Both the position numbers and the translations under genes were made by a program. A stretch of DNA of 64,000 nucleotides from Octopus sinensis (lineage: Eukaryota): contig NC_043026.1 in NCBI RefSeq assembly GCF_006345805.1, positions 2,480,001 to 2,544,000 of the forward strand. The letters run 5' to 3'. Below, in pieces: positions 51,560 through 64,000 of this stretch. The notes below the pieces were generated by a model. It worked only from the letters and a program-made list of their open reading frames with translations. It did no database searches and had not been told where the DNA came from. Numbering within the stretch: position 1 is the first letter of the stretch; each line of letters starts with the position of its first letter.

Positions 51560-52143
51560 ACGGGGCCAATTTCCAGATGCCAGTTTTATGATTTTAAAAG
51601 ATGTGGCGGAGGAATAAAGGGCAAAACCACCAATGGAGAGTGCTTTGCCAACTTCCTGAGGCAGTTGTGGAATGCTCTCAAGACCAAACGCCAAGGAAAA
51701 CTGAAGAAAGATGGGAATGTTTCATCAAGACAATGCTCCAGCACACAAGTCCTTCGTTTCAATGGTTGCCGTGCGTGACTGTGGCTTTGAACAGGTTAAT
51801 CGCCCTCCCTATTCCGGATTTGGCCCCTCTGATCCCCAACATGAAGTAACATTTGGCTGGGAACTAGTATCGCAGTGATGATGATTCTTCAGCAAACGGA
51901 GCCAAGCACTGCAACACCAAAGGGATGAGAGAAGGTAAGAGAGAGAAAGAAAAGAGAAAAAAAAAGGGATAAAGAAAGGAAGAAGGGAGACAGAGAGAAA
52001 AGTGATCTTTTTTCTTGTTTTGTTTAGAAGAAATGTGGGGACTTCAAGGGGGGGGGGGGACTATATCGGAAAATAAACCCCATTTGGTCACCTTCCGTGA
52101 GAGAATCTTGGTCAGCCTATGGACCTTTCAGCCGACCCCCGTA
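51560..52143 (+). mobile_element. Mariner transposase C-terminal remnant with 3' TIR
   Basis: KGKTTNGECFANFLRQL..ALKTKRQGKL, FHQDNAPAH and a RPPYS motif. Ends ...ttcagccgacccccgTA. Confidence 0.78.
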
Positions 52144-53817
52144 AAAGGCATTCTATAAAAATACTTTTTACATATATGGTTTCATATAATGCCGGAAATA
52201 ACAGCTAAGTCGTCACAATTTGTGTTGTTCTCCCCCTTATGCAATATTTAGATGGCGAAACACATAATCTCTCTCTTCTCTCTCCCTCCCGACTTTACTC
52301 CACCTCTCTTGCTTTTTCTCACTCTCTTTATCATAGCTCTCTCTCTCTCTCAGCTTTTCTCTCTCTTTTACTAAACATTTTTCTTTCATCTTATGTCCCT
52401 CCCCCTCTCGCTATCCCTCTCGGACATATTTTTCTTTTCCCTCTCTTCTTCCCTCCCACCACGAATGTTACACACACACACACACACACACACAAAGCAG
52501 CCCCTACCGCCCAGTCAAAAATCTCGTAGATCCAAGGGAGGCTACAACTGTCTTCGAAAGGTATAGAATTACCTCCCTTCAAACAGTTATAAATTTGGAT
52601 TCGAAAGAAAAATTAATTAATTTTGTAGTTCATAATTCATATAATTAAATACTGTGGGTATTGAACAAGAATTTAAGAAAGATTTACGGAAAGAAATTCG
52701 CGACATGTGATTTTGCGTTACGCTACGAATAACAGTCAAGTACCCTGAAATTTGCGTTGATTTTAATACAAATTGGAGGACACCTTAAGAAGTTGTGCCA
52801 TATATGGTCATTCTTCATGCTAGACTACATTAAGCAAGAGCCTTCAAATTGGTTTCGATTTCTAGTATGAAAATAGGACACTTAACCATTTCTAAAATAT
52901 AATGAACAATATATGGGTCCCCATATTGCGAGAAATAGCAACCACATGGCCTTAAATCTGTGATGTGCGGTGTATAAAAATTGAAGGACACTTGAGGACG
53001 AAGCATCTGTAAGAATATTGTACTAAGGTGGGGTCTCACATCATGGTAGACATAACAAACAAGAACCTTTCAATTTCCGTGTAGTGTTTATGTGTATAAA
53101 TATGAAGGAAACTTTTAGAATTAATATAAAATATTATCCTATAAGTAGACTCACATCATGCTAGAAACAAAACTAAATACCCACAGAAATGCAGGTTTCT
53201 CCTATGAAACAAACTGTCTTTCCGTCTCTTAACAAACATGTTATTCCGGGGCTTCTTTTGTTATTCCTATCCTAAATGTTGAGGGCCGGGAAACAAGGAC
53301 GCGTGAACCCTCCATCGGTTCCTACCTACCCGCGCTAGAAAGAGTAGCCAAGTGCCTTGAAGCCTAGTAAAAGGCTGAGGAAAAAAATAATCTTTCAGTG
53401 GTCAGGCGGATTTGGCGAACACTTACATTGCTCCATCATATATTACTGCCTGACCGTTGTGCCTCGCCTCATTTCAAGTCTAACCGACCTGGAGCGTTGC
53501 CATTCCGCTCTCTGTGCGATGGATGCATTCCACTGGCCAAGCGCTGCATTTGGTGTCAACACCTGCTCAACGAACGACTGGACATGCTGTAGCTGATTAC
53601 ACGCAGGTATGCACTGAGGCTGCGACCTTCTCCATCGATTCCTTGACGGTGAACATGTGTGGTCGCTGTTTCCCCCAGTTTCTCTCAATCGGAGGCCGAA
53701 ACAGCTGGAATATGGTCCGCCCTGGCGATCCTCTACCAGTGGGATAATGTAGCTGTTGGAAGTTCTATATTGGATTTTGACAGAGGATTTGTGGTAAAAT
53801 GCATAGCAACATGTAGT

Positions 53818-53917
53818 NNNNNNNNNNNNNNNNNNNNNNNNNNNNNNNNNNNNNNNNNNNNNNNNNNNNNNNNNNNNNNNNNNNNNNNNNNNNNNNNNNN
53901 NNNNNNNNNNNNNNNNN
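53818..53917. other. Assembly gap
   Basis: 100 N. Confidence 1.
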
Positions 53918-54651
53918 TGGACAGTTCTATGTCGGTTGTTCCAGAGTTGGCCATCCAGACAACTTATTAATCTATGTGCTGAAGGAAAAAACTAAAATCG
54001 TTGTCAACAAAGCAGGCCTACAGTAGTTATTCTTCCTCATGCATTCTTCACATTTATGCCAAACGGTAGCCGTTAGCAACCAGACTCCCTGCAAGCATTC
54101 CATTGATATTTTGCTTGATTTCTCTGATTTCTGTTAATAGTAAGATACCTTCCATGACCCTTCTTACTTCACGCCCACTGTCCGCTCATAAGCATGCTCT
54201 GACGTTTATCTTTGTACATGCCATTATTCTATTTGCATGTTTGCTATAAAGGTTTGCTTTTCTTTATCATACATGGCTTTCATTGAAACAAAGCTTCAAT
54301 GCGGTTGTGTCAGGCATTTCGAGAAAACTCAGTACAGGATATAAAACGCTTCAAGTAAGATAGAGGATCTCCAATGCTTACGGATATTGCGATCCCATTT
54401 CTTGGACTTTCATTTATTACTCACTGCCAAATTTGTGTTGAGAGGAAATTTATTCATTCCCTAAGTTCCTTAATACCTTTTGAGAAACTGCTAACGAAAA
54501 TGGTAATTTTACATATTACACTTATTAATGTGAAACAACTTCTAATTGTGGGCTAATTCAAATCAAACCATCCAAAGGAATGCATCATTATAATAAATTA
54601 CACCGTCCATAGGAGGGGTGCATTTCTTTTATATATACATATATATATTCT

Positions 54652-55497
54652 CCGATGGGTGTGTAATGCTCCAGTATGCTCCGATGGATGTGTAATGTCA
54701 GTGTTCATACCCGACAGAGTGTAAGTACCTTGAGAGAAAAATTGGACCTAAGAATCATCAGTTGTGGTGAGCAAGAGAGACGTCACTGCTGGTATGGTCA
54801 CGTGGTGAGAATGGATGAAGATAGGTCTGTGAAAAAGTACCACACCCTAGCAGTTGAGGGAACCTGTGGAAGAGGTAGACCCAGGAAGACCTGGGACAAG
54901 GTGGTGAAGCACGACCTTTGGAAGTATGCTGTGCGTGATAAGACCGGGCAGGACAGGTGAGGCCATAACCCGTGACCTCTACCTTGGACTTAGTCAGTCT
55001 ACCTGTGCATACCTTTCATTCATGGGACACAAAATTCTATTTGTGAAGACCTGTTGAGGCAAGTGAAAATCAAAATCGAAATTGATCAACATCAATGGAA
55101 TTTGTAGTTGTGATACCAGTGCCAGATGGCATGTAAGAGAACCATCCGAACGTGGCCGTAGCCAGCACCGCCCTAACTAGCCTCCGCGCTGGTGGCATGT
55201 AACAAACATCATCCAATCGTGGCCGTTGCCAGCCACGCCTGGCCTGCGTGCCAAAGGCACGTAAAAAGCACCATCCGAGCGTGGCCGTTTGCCAGCCTCG
55301 TCTGGTACCTGTGTCGGTGGCACGTAAAAAGCACCCACTACACTCAGGGAGTGGTTGGTGTTAGGAAGAGCATCAAGCTGTAGAAACACTGCCAGATCAG
55401 ACTGGGCCTGGTGCAGCCTTCTGGCTTCCCAGACCACACTTGAACTGTCCAACACATGCTAGCATGGAAAGCGGACGATAAATGATGATAATGATGA
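54652..55497 (+). mobile_element. RTE-clade LINE 3' end
   Basis: MLRWMC..WYGHVVRMDEDR..GRGRPRKTW, a long 3' UTR and a (GAT)n tail. Confidence 0.88.
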
Positions 55498-55577
55498 TAT
55501 GTATATATATATATTTATATATATATATATTATATTATATTAAATTAGAGATAAAACCAATTATATATATATATATA

Positions 55578-55975
55578 TACTCTTTTACTCTTTTATTGTT
55601 TCAGTCATTTGGCTGCGGCCATGCTGGAGCACCGCCTTTAGTCGAGCAAATCGACCCCGGGACTTATTCTTTGTAAGCCCAGTACTTATTCTATCGGTCT
55701 CTTTTGCCGAACGCTAAGTGACGGGGACGTAAGCATACCAGCATTGGTTGTCAAGCAATGCTAGGGGAACAAACACAGACACACACACACCATATATATA
55801 TATACATATATATACGACAGGCTTCTTTCAGTTCCGTCTACCAAATCCACTCACAAGGCTTTGGTCGGCCCGGGGCTATAGCAGAAGACACTGCCCAAGA
55901 TGCCACGCAGTGGGACTGAACCCGGAACCATGTGGTTGGTTAGCAAGCTACTTACCACACAGCCACTCCTGCGCC
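55578..55975 (-). mobile_element. SINE family 1, full length
   Basis: Same consensus. Confidence 0.9.
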
Positions 55976-56000
55976 TATATATATATTATATATAATATAT

Positions 56001-56037
<37 letters not shown>

Positions 56038-56117
56038 TATATTAAATTAGAGATAAAAACACTTATATATATATGTATATATATATGTATATATATTTAT
56101 TTATATAATATATATAC

Positions 56118-56157
<40 letters not shown>

Positions 56158-56163
56158 TATATG

Positions 56164-56227
<64 letters not shown>

Positions 56228-56297
56228 TACACATATATATATACATATATATACATGTATATATACATATATTTAATTATGTATATATGTATATATG

Positions 56298-56328
<31 letters not shown>

Positions 56329-56331
56329 TAG

Positions 56332-57157
56332 ATCATCATCATCATCATCATCGTTTAACGTCCGTTCTCCATGCTAGCAGGGTTGGACGGTTCGACCGGG
56401 AATCTGGGAAGCCAGAAGGCTGCACCAGGCTCAGGTCTTATCTGGCAAAGTTTTTACAGCTGGATGCCCTTCCTAAAGCCAACCACTCCGTGAGTGTAGT
56501 GGGTGCTTTTTACGTGCCACCCGCACTGGTGCCAGGCGAGGCTGGAATCGGCCACGGATGGATTTGTTCATTTTACGTGCCACCGGTACAGGAATCCAGT
56601 CGTGGCGGCACTGGCTTCGGCTACGATTCGGATGGTGCTTTTTACGTGCCACCGACACGGAAGCCAGTCGAGGCGGCACTGGCATCGGCCATAATTCGGA
56701 TAGTGCTTTTCACGTACCTCCAGTCCCAGGACCCCGGCATCTGCCGGGTGCCAGTCATAGGATTGGTTCAATTTCGATTCCGATTTCGATTTCACTTGCC
56801 TCAACAGGTCTTCGCAAGCAGAGGGGGTTGGAATAGGTGCCTGTCGTCGGATGAGGTTCGATATCGACTTCGCTTGTCTCAACAGGTCTTTGTGTGTCCA
56901 AGGGAGGAAAGGCATGCATAAGTGGGCTGGACTCACTTGTCCTGCCTGGTCTTCTCACGCACAGCATATTTCCAAAGGTCTCGGTCGCTGGTCATTTCCT
57001 CAGTGAGACCTAAGGTTCGAAGGTCGTGCTTCACCACCTCGTCCCAGGTTTTCCTGGGTCTACCTCTTCCATGGGTTCCCTCAACCGCTAGGGATTGGCA
57101 CTTTTTCACACACCTATCTTCATCCATTCTCGCCACATGACCATACCAGCGCAATCA
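56332..57157 (-). mobile_element. RTE-clade LINE 3' end
   Basis: LRWYGHVARMDEDRCVKKC..GRGRPRKTWDEVV..DRDLWK; (GAT)n tail at 56332-56351. Confidence 0.9.
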
Positions 57158-57662
57158 TCTCTATATGTTTAAATTTGTTGTGCAAGATTTTTATGTGAAG
57201 TCGTGTGTTGAAACAGATATTGTTATATTTCGGAATGGTCATATTGCCAGTTTCCCAATAAAAACACACGCACTATATATTTGGTGTTACTTTGCTTCAG
57301 TGTTATTTATTTTTTACATTAATCTTAATCTTATTTCGGCCAGAGTTCTTTCGTCACACTCCTGTGACTGCATCAGTGGTCCTTTGTTTTCTTCTTTCTT
57401 ATTTGTGTCTCTCCTTACTAACCATCAGCCATTTTGTATTTCTATTGTATGTCTTCATTTGCGCATGCTTATATCTCTATGTGCGTCTATGTTTATTTAG
57501 TGTGTGTGTGTGGGGGGATGCCTGTAATATTTGTATCTTCTGTTTATATATGTTCACCATTATCATTACATATGCTTGTATGTATGTATGTATAATAACA
57601 ATACTAGTAACAATAATAATAAATCGAATCGAAACAAAATATATATATATATATATATATAC

Positions 57663-58796
57663 TGTTACGAGGGGGGACCTCCGATTCGAACTGTTACGGA
57701 ATCCCTCACACCCGGGCCCGTTCGATGCAGTGAAAATTTTCACTACGGAAACTCGTCGGAGAGAGGAGAGAGAGATACAACAACAACAACAGCAGCAGCA
57801 GCACAGAGGCAACCGAGAGAGACACAATGAGGCACACACAACTGGCTTACATTTAACAACTAGTTTATATGACTATTACAATTGTTACAACAACAAATAC
57901 ATTTCAGATACATTTAAAAGAGGACATGCAAGTAACAACTCAATACATCATACAGGTATACCACAGATCAAAGCATTTAAACATGCAAGTAACAATATAA
58001 CCGTCCGGTAACAACACATCAAGGTCAATACATCAGCATTTCAAAGGTACACGTCCGAAGACACAGTTCTATTTCAAAACACATCAACAAGTCATATACA
58101 GTTCAAAGGACATTACAGGCCTAACAGTTCAATGTTCATTACACAATGTTCAAATCACAACACTGTACACAATGTCTTTACACAATTCACATTGTTCTTT
58201 AATTTCCTTTTTACTGTCTCATTTCTTTTTTTCTTTTACAGTCTCTTTACACAATTCACGTACCTTACATTAGCCAACGCCTCATATTGTACCTCATCTC
58301 CATCGCCACCTATTCCTCTGTATATATCTCTCTCTGTCCCAATACTCCAAGACCGCCGATGCTTAAATTCCAACCACTTGCCTCGACTCCCAAAAACGAC
58401 TGCTCACTTTGACGACCGAATGCCGACTGTCCTCTATCACTACCCTCAATCTGTCTCTGCACACTAATATCCTCTCTATCTGCTCTCAGCCCTATCTGCC
58501 TATCTATATCGATCGACGCTGTCACTGTCATTCTCTCATGAAGCTCTCAGATCCCTACTACTGTCTTTCTCACTACTTTCTTCTTCCTCTTCTTCACTGT
58601 CACTAGATTCTTCCTTACTCTATCTTCCTCAGCCCTCACATCTCTCTGACCCCTAATTGACGACACACAAGGCCAAAGGTCCCTCCAAAAGCACATTACA
58701 TTCCAGTAAAAAGGGCTGTAGCTTTTTATTCCAGACTTTCCGTCTCACCTCTCAACAAAGTAGGTCAGGATATACTGTGCCGGCCGAACCACAACA
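57663..58796. mobile_element. Probable solo LTR inserted in (TA)n
   Basis: 1.13-kb unique block bounded by TGTT...AACA with TA microsatellite on both sides. No credible ORF. TSD imperfect (atac/atat). Confidence 0.55.
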
Positions 58797-58912
58797 ATAT
58801 ATATATATATATAATATATATATTATATATATATATATAGTTATTTATGACGATAGAGGATCCTGAAAACATAATAAATACACAGATAAATAAACAAATA
58901 GAAATAAATAAC

Positions 58913-58956
<44 letters not shown>

Positions 58957-59227
58957 TATATATATATATATATATTATTTTGTTTCGATTCGATTTATTT
59001 TATTGTTACCAGTATTGTTGTTATACATACATACAAGCATATGTAATGATAATGGTGAACATATATAAACAGAAGATACAAATATTACAGGCATCCCCCC
59101 ACACACACACTAAATAAACATAGACACACATAGAGATATAAGCATGCGCAAATGAAGACATACAATAGAAATACAAAATGGCTGACGGTTAGTAAGGAGA
59201 GACACAAATAAGAAAGAATAAAACAAA

Positions 59228-59272
59228 GGACCACTGATGCGGTCACAGGAGTGTGACGAAAGAACTCTGGCC
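59228..59272 (+). ncRNA. Minimal hammerhead-like motif, CUGAUGCG core (further copies 57338-57382 -, 62745-62789 -, 63560-63604 +)
   Basis: gg-a-cca CUGAUGCG gucac aggagu gugac GAAAG aa CUC ugg-cc, located in the pLTR downstream of the GIY-YIG stop codon. Confidence 0.68.
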
Positions 59273-59699
59273 GAAATAAGATTAAGATTAATGTAAAAAA
59301 TAAATAACACTGAAGCAAAGTAACACCAAATATATAGTGCGTGTGTTTTTATTGGCTAAACTGGCAATATGACCATTCCGAAATACAGAACGTTTGAGAG
59401 CCAAAAATACACATGTACATATATGCACCCACATACACACACAATAAATATATATACACATATACAAATATATATACGTACATTAAAACAAATAGATACA
59501 TACATTCATATACACTCATACACACAAATAAATGTATACATACACGTATACACACAAATACATATATGCACACATACATACACTCATATAAACAAGTAGA
59601 TACATACGTACACACACACACATATATACCCACATATACACAAACATGAAGCTAGAAAGAAGTGCTGCTGGTGCATTTCAAGATGGGAAACACACAAAT

Positions 59700-60370
59700 A
59701 CTTCTTTATTCTTAATTGATACATTTAATCAATAAAATATTTCTTCCCATTATTGATAAAATAATCTCATCTGTTTTGGCAATTGTCGACCCCTTCATGA
59801 TAGAAAATACCTTCAACATTCCATCAAACACAAAGCACAACTCTTTTTTAGTCCGAGACACCACCTTGGGAATGGATTGTCTATATTTATCGGATGCTAT
59901 GCCTTGTCGTTCTTGTTGGAAATGATGACAGAGGACCCGCTTTTCAACAGTTGCAATGATTCTACCAAAGAAAGTTTTGATAACAAGTCTACTCTTCAAT
60001 GAAGCTGAGAAACAGTCACATGATGAGGGACCCACGCTCTGAATTCAAACACTTTTCCCAGTTCATGAAGGTGTTTTATGATCGAACTAGGACTAAAGTT
60101 GAACTGCCTTGCTTAATCTTTTGAGGTTTGCTTTGAATTTTGCTCGGCTCTGTTTGTTCGATATTGATAGAATTCGATCAGCTAGATCAAGGGAAATCTT
60201 TAGGAGAAATCTTTCTGGGCGAAAAACTGGTCAAACCATAGCTGGAATGTCCAGGCAACTGACAGATTGTTTCCATGGACAGAACAACAAATATTTCTTG
60301 CTGCTTCCATTGCTAAGGGACCCCTTTTCTATTCGTACAACATGAAGCGTCTAATAAACGAAGTCTGATC
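59700..60370 (-). mobile_element. Degraded mariner transposase
   Basis: Manual translation gives EAARNICCSVHG..WFDQF and ARQFNFSPSSIIKHLHELGKVFEFRAWVPH (WVPHEL-like), with many stops. Confidence 0.8.
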
Positions 60371-60936
60371 TAAACTCATTTTAAAAGATTAAAATCGATA
60401 CAAATTTAACGTTTAAGGTTAAAGTAATCCGCAAATAAAATATTAGAATGTAAAAGAAATATTTATTTAAAATATTGAAAAGACCGTGGTCATGTGAAAA
60501 ATGAGGTCATGTGAAAAATGAGGTCATGTGAAAAATGCAGAGGACAGTTCCCAACCTATTATACCTCATTACCCCAGCACGCCGTAGTCTGATGACTGAG
60601 TCAACTAAAAGAATAAAAGAGCAAAAAATTATATCTAAATAAATACAAAATATAATATGAGGTAGTAATTATTTTCTGGGAAACAAAACATATCCTCAAA
60701 ATAATGACTGAAGTGAATAATTAGAGTTTAAAGCTGCACTAATGAGTCATCCTTATTCCTCTAACGATCTCCATACGATAACATTTTTCTGTATTCACCA
60801 TCCACACGCATTTCTACCTGTAAACATTCAGTGAAGCTCTGCAGAGCGACGAAAGCTTACCTGCAGCTCTTTCTAGCAATGATAGTAATTCATGTTCCCC
60901 TGAAACGTAAATATATATATATATATATATATATAG

Positions 60937-61700
60937 AAGCATCAGATGTGGTGTGGAAGAGAGACGACTGCACTGGTATGGTCATGTGGTGAGAGTAGAT
61001 GAGGACAGCTGTGTGAAAAAGTGCCACACCCTAGCAGTTGAGTGAATCTGTGGAAGAGGTAGACCCAAGATGACCTGGGATAAAGTGGTGAAGGACGACC
61101 TTCAAACTTTAGGCGTCACCGAGGCAATGACTAGTGACCAAGACTTTTGGAAATATGCTGTGTTTGAGAAGACCTGGCAAGCCAAATGAGACCATAACCT
61201 CGTGGCCTATGCCAGGGGCGTAACCAGCCCACTTATGCGTAACTTTTCCTTCTTTGGTCACTAAACTCTGCTTGTGAAATCAAAATCAAATTCGATGTCA
61301 GGCATCCGTGCTACCGAGGTGGAAAGAGCACCATCCGAGTGTGATCGTTGACAGAGCAGCTAACCGGCTTCCATGCCAGTGGCATGTAAAAGGCACCATT
61401 CGATTGTGATCATCAACAGCATCGCCTTACTGGCACCTGTGCCATTGGCATGTGTATAAAGATTTGTGCAAGGTCGTTACCAGTACCGCCTGACTGGCCC
61501 CCATGCCGATTGGCATGTAAAAGCACACACTACACACTCGGAGTGGTTGTCGTTAGGAAGGGCATCCAGCTGTAGAAACTCTGCCAGATCAAGATTGGAG
61601 CCTGGTGCAGCCATCTGGTTCACCAGCCCTCAGTCAAATCATCCAACCCATGCTAGCATGGAAAGAGGACATTAAATGATGATGATGATGATGATGATGA
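60937..61700 (+). mobile_element. RTE-clade LINE 3' end
   Basis: Same family as 54652 and 56332; (GAT)n tail. Confidence 0.85.
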
Positions 61701-62049
61701 TTTTGCTTGCCCACTCAGTTGTATCTATCAATTTATCTTTGTGTGTGTGTGTGTGTGTATACATATATATACATATATATATATAGAGAGAGAAAGATTT
61801 CGTAGACAGAAACTGAAAGAAATCAATCGTATATTTATGTATGTATATATGTAAATAGGTGTGTGTCTTTGTCTCTGTTTTTCGTCCTCATCACTGCATC
61901 ACAACTGCTGTTTGTTTATTTACATCTCCATAACTTACTGGTTTCACTTGAAGAAACTAATAGAATAAGTACCAGGCATATCAACATAAAAAAGCACTAG
62001 GCTCTGTCTCATATTTTTGTTTGCCCTAGCAGTTGTTTCTATCAATTTT

Positions 62050-62160
62050 TCTTGTATGTGTGTGTATGTGTGTGTGTATATATATATATATATACTTACA
62101 TATATACATATATAATATATATTATATATATATATAATATAATATATATATATATATATA

Positions 62161-62205
<45 letters not shown>

Positions 62206-62279
62206 TTATATATACTTACATATATACATATATATATATATATAATATATATATAATATAATATATATATATATATATA

Positions 62280-62316
<37 letters not shown>

Positions 62317-62376
62317 ATATATATATATAATACATATATATATATATTATATATATATATATTATATATAATACAT

Positions 62377-62440
<64 letters not shown>

Positions 62441-62485
62441 TTACATATAACATATATATATATAATACATATAATACATATATAT

Positions 62486-62524
<39 letters not shown>

Positions 62525-62570
62525 CTGTATATATATATATAATACATATAATACATATATATAATAGTAC
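62050..62570. repeat. Long degenerate (TA)n microsatellite
   Basis: Direct inspection. Similar tracts at 34500-34775 and 55976-56330; (CA)n tracts at 155-380 and 1620-1733. Confidence 0.95.
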
Positions 62571-62571
62571 G

Positions 62572-63780
62572 TTTATATATTTGTTGTGCAAGATTTTTTA
62601 TGTGAAGTCGTGTGTTGAAACAGATATTGTTATATTTCGGAATGGTCATTTTGCCAGTTTAGCCAATAAAAACACACGCACTATATATTTGGTGTTACTT
62701 TGCTTCAGTGTTATTTATTTTTTACATTAATCTTAATCTTATTCGGCCAGAGTTCTTTCGTCACACTCCTGTGACCGCATCAGTGGTCCTTTGTTTTATT
62801 CTTACTTATTTGTGTCTCTCCTTACTAACCATCAGCCATTTTGTATTTCTATTGTATGTCTTCATTTGCGCATAAGATGTATAGAGGGACGATGCAGTAA
62901 CAAGACAACGACATACGTAGGGGAAAGGGCAAGAAGCATAGGAGAGCGGGTAAACAAACATTGGAGAGAACTCAAGGAAGGTAAAAGCTCATCGATTCTG
63001 TACCAACACACCGAACAGGAACACAGGGGATCAATCAACAACATAGAAATTTAAGTATTGTCCACACATAGAACAGATGCAACAATCAGACAAATTACAG
63101 AAGCTACACACATAATAGAAAATAAACCTAGCCTGAATAGGAAACTGGAATGGAACACTAGCACACACCACAACATATGACGGTAGAGGATCCCGAAAAC
63201 ATAATAAATGCACAGATAAATAAACAAATAGAAATAAATAACTATATGAGTTTTTTTTTTATTATTATTGCTAGTATTGTTGTTATACATACATACATAC
63301 AAGCAATGTAATGATAATAATAAGTGGTTGTAAACATGAACAAAATAAGAATAAACAAAAACAACAAAAACAAAATACAAATTACAAGAATGTATATAAC
63401 CAGAAGATACAAATTTTACAGGCATCCCCCCCACACACACACTAAATAAACATAGACGCACATAGAGATATAAGCATGCGCAAATGAAGACATACAATAG
63501 AAATACAAAATGGCTGACGGTTAGTAAGGAGAGACACAAGTAAGTGAGAAGAAAACAAAGGACCACTGATGCGGTCACAGGAGTGTGACGAAAGAACTTT
63601 GGCCGAAATAAGATTAAGATTAATGTAAATAATAAATATCACTGAAGCAAAATAACACCAAATATATAGTGCGTGTGTTTTTATTGGCTAAACTGGCAAA
63701 ATGACCATTCCGAAATATAACAATATCTGTTTCAACACATGACTTCACATAAAAAATCTTGCACAACAAATATATAAACG
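62572..63780 (+). mobile_element. 5'-truncated Penelope-like element: inverted pLTR, GIY-YIG C-terminus, 3' pLTR
   Basis: 62875-63180 translates YVGERARSIGERVNKH..SSILYQHTEQEH..DATIRQITEATHI..KPSLNRKLEWN. 62572-62872 is the reverse complement of about 63475-63780. (TA)n flanks. Confidence 0.88.
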
Positions 63781-63800
63781 ATATATATATATATATATGT

Positions 63801-64000
63801 ATCATCATCATCATCATCATTTAACGTCCGCTTTCCATGCTGGCATGGGTTGGACGGTTCAACTTCGGTCTGGGAAGCCGGAAGGCTGCACCAGGCCAAG
63901 TCTGATCTGGCAGTATTTCTATAGCTGGATGCCCTTCCTAATGCCAACCACTCCGTGAGTGTTAGTGGGTGCTTTTTACGTGCCACCGGCACGGGGACCA
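63801..64000 (-). mobile_element. RTE 3' UTR fragment running off the window
   Basis: Matches 56332-56520. Other UTR-only pieces lie at about 750-968, 34876-34975 and 38870-39030. Confidence 0.8.

Larger units (their letters stand above)
57165..59390. mobile_element. Inverted pair of pseudo-LTRs from the same PLE family as 62572-63780, separated by an inserted LTR-like element
   Basis: 57225-57640 is the reverse complement of about 58975-59385, and both arms match 63180-63780. Confidence 0.85.

Noticed and set aside
53659-53970. ORFs spanning the N run
   Set aside because: Artefacts of the assembly gap.
56495-56720. CRISPR-like repeat and spacer appearance
   Set aside because: The spacers are homologous to each other, the array is in a LINE 3' UTR of a eukaryote, and there are no cas genes.
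60589-60610. CTGATGA motif (also at 41224)
   Set aside because: No properly placed stem II, GAAA and NUH, so not a hammerhead.

Overview
AT-rich, microsatellite-dense animal genomic DNA. The SINE and LINE repertoire suggests an octopus or other cephalopod (inference). One clear host gene is present: phosphotriesterase-related protein (PTER) on the minus strand, with five GT-AG coding exons between 35627 and 12526; its N-terminal exon(s) were not found. A second candidate gene (44514-45061, +) encodes an acidic Leu/Glu-rich protein built from an 11-aa repeat. The rest is mostly mobile DNA: two tRNA-type SINE families, RTE, CR1, R4/Dong and Hero LINE fragments, Tc1/mariner remnants and MITEs, a probable solo LTR, and many Penelope-like element (PLE) pieces with inverted pseudo-LTRs. 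The strongest signal not shown by the ORF track is RNA structure. About 20 type I hammerhead ribozyme motifs (intact, variant or partial) from many unrelated PLE-type families lie here, most of them inside PTER introns. They include recurrent non-canonical cores (CCGAAGA, CUGAUGCG), a covarying structured module 3' of the ribozyme, and a shared long-range pseudoknot topology. All structures were read by eye; none was computed or tested.
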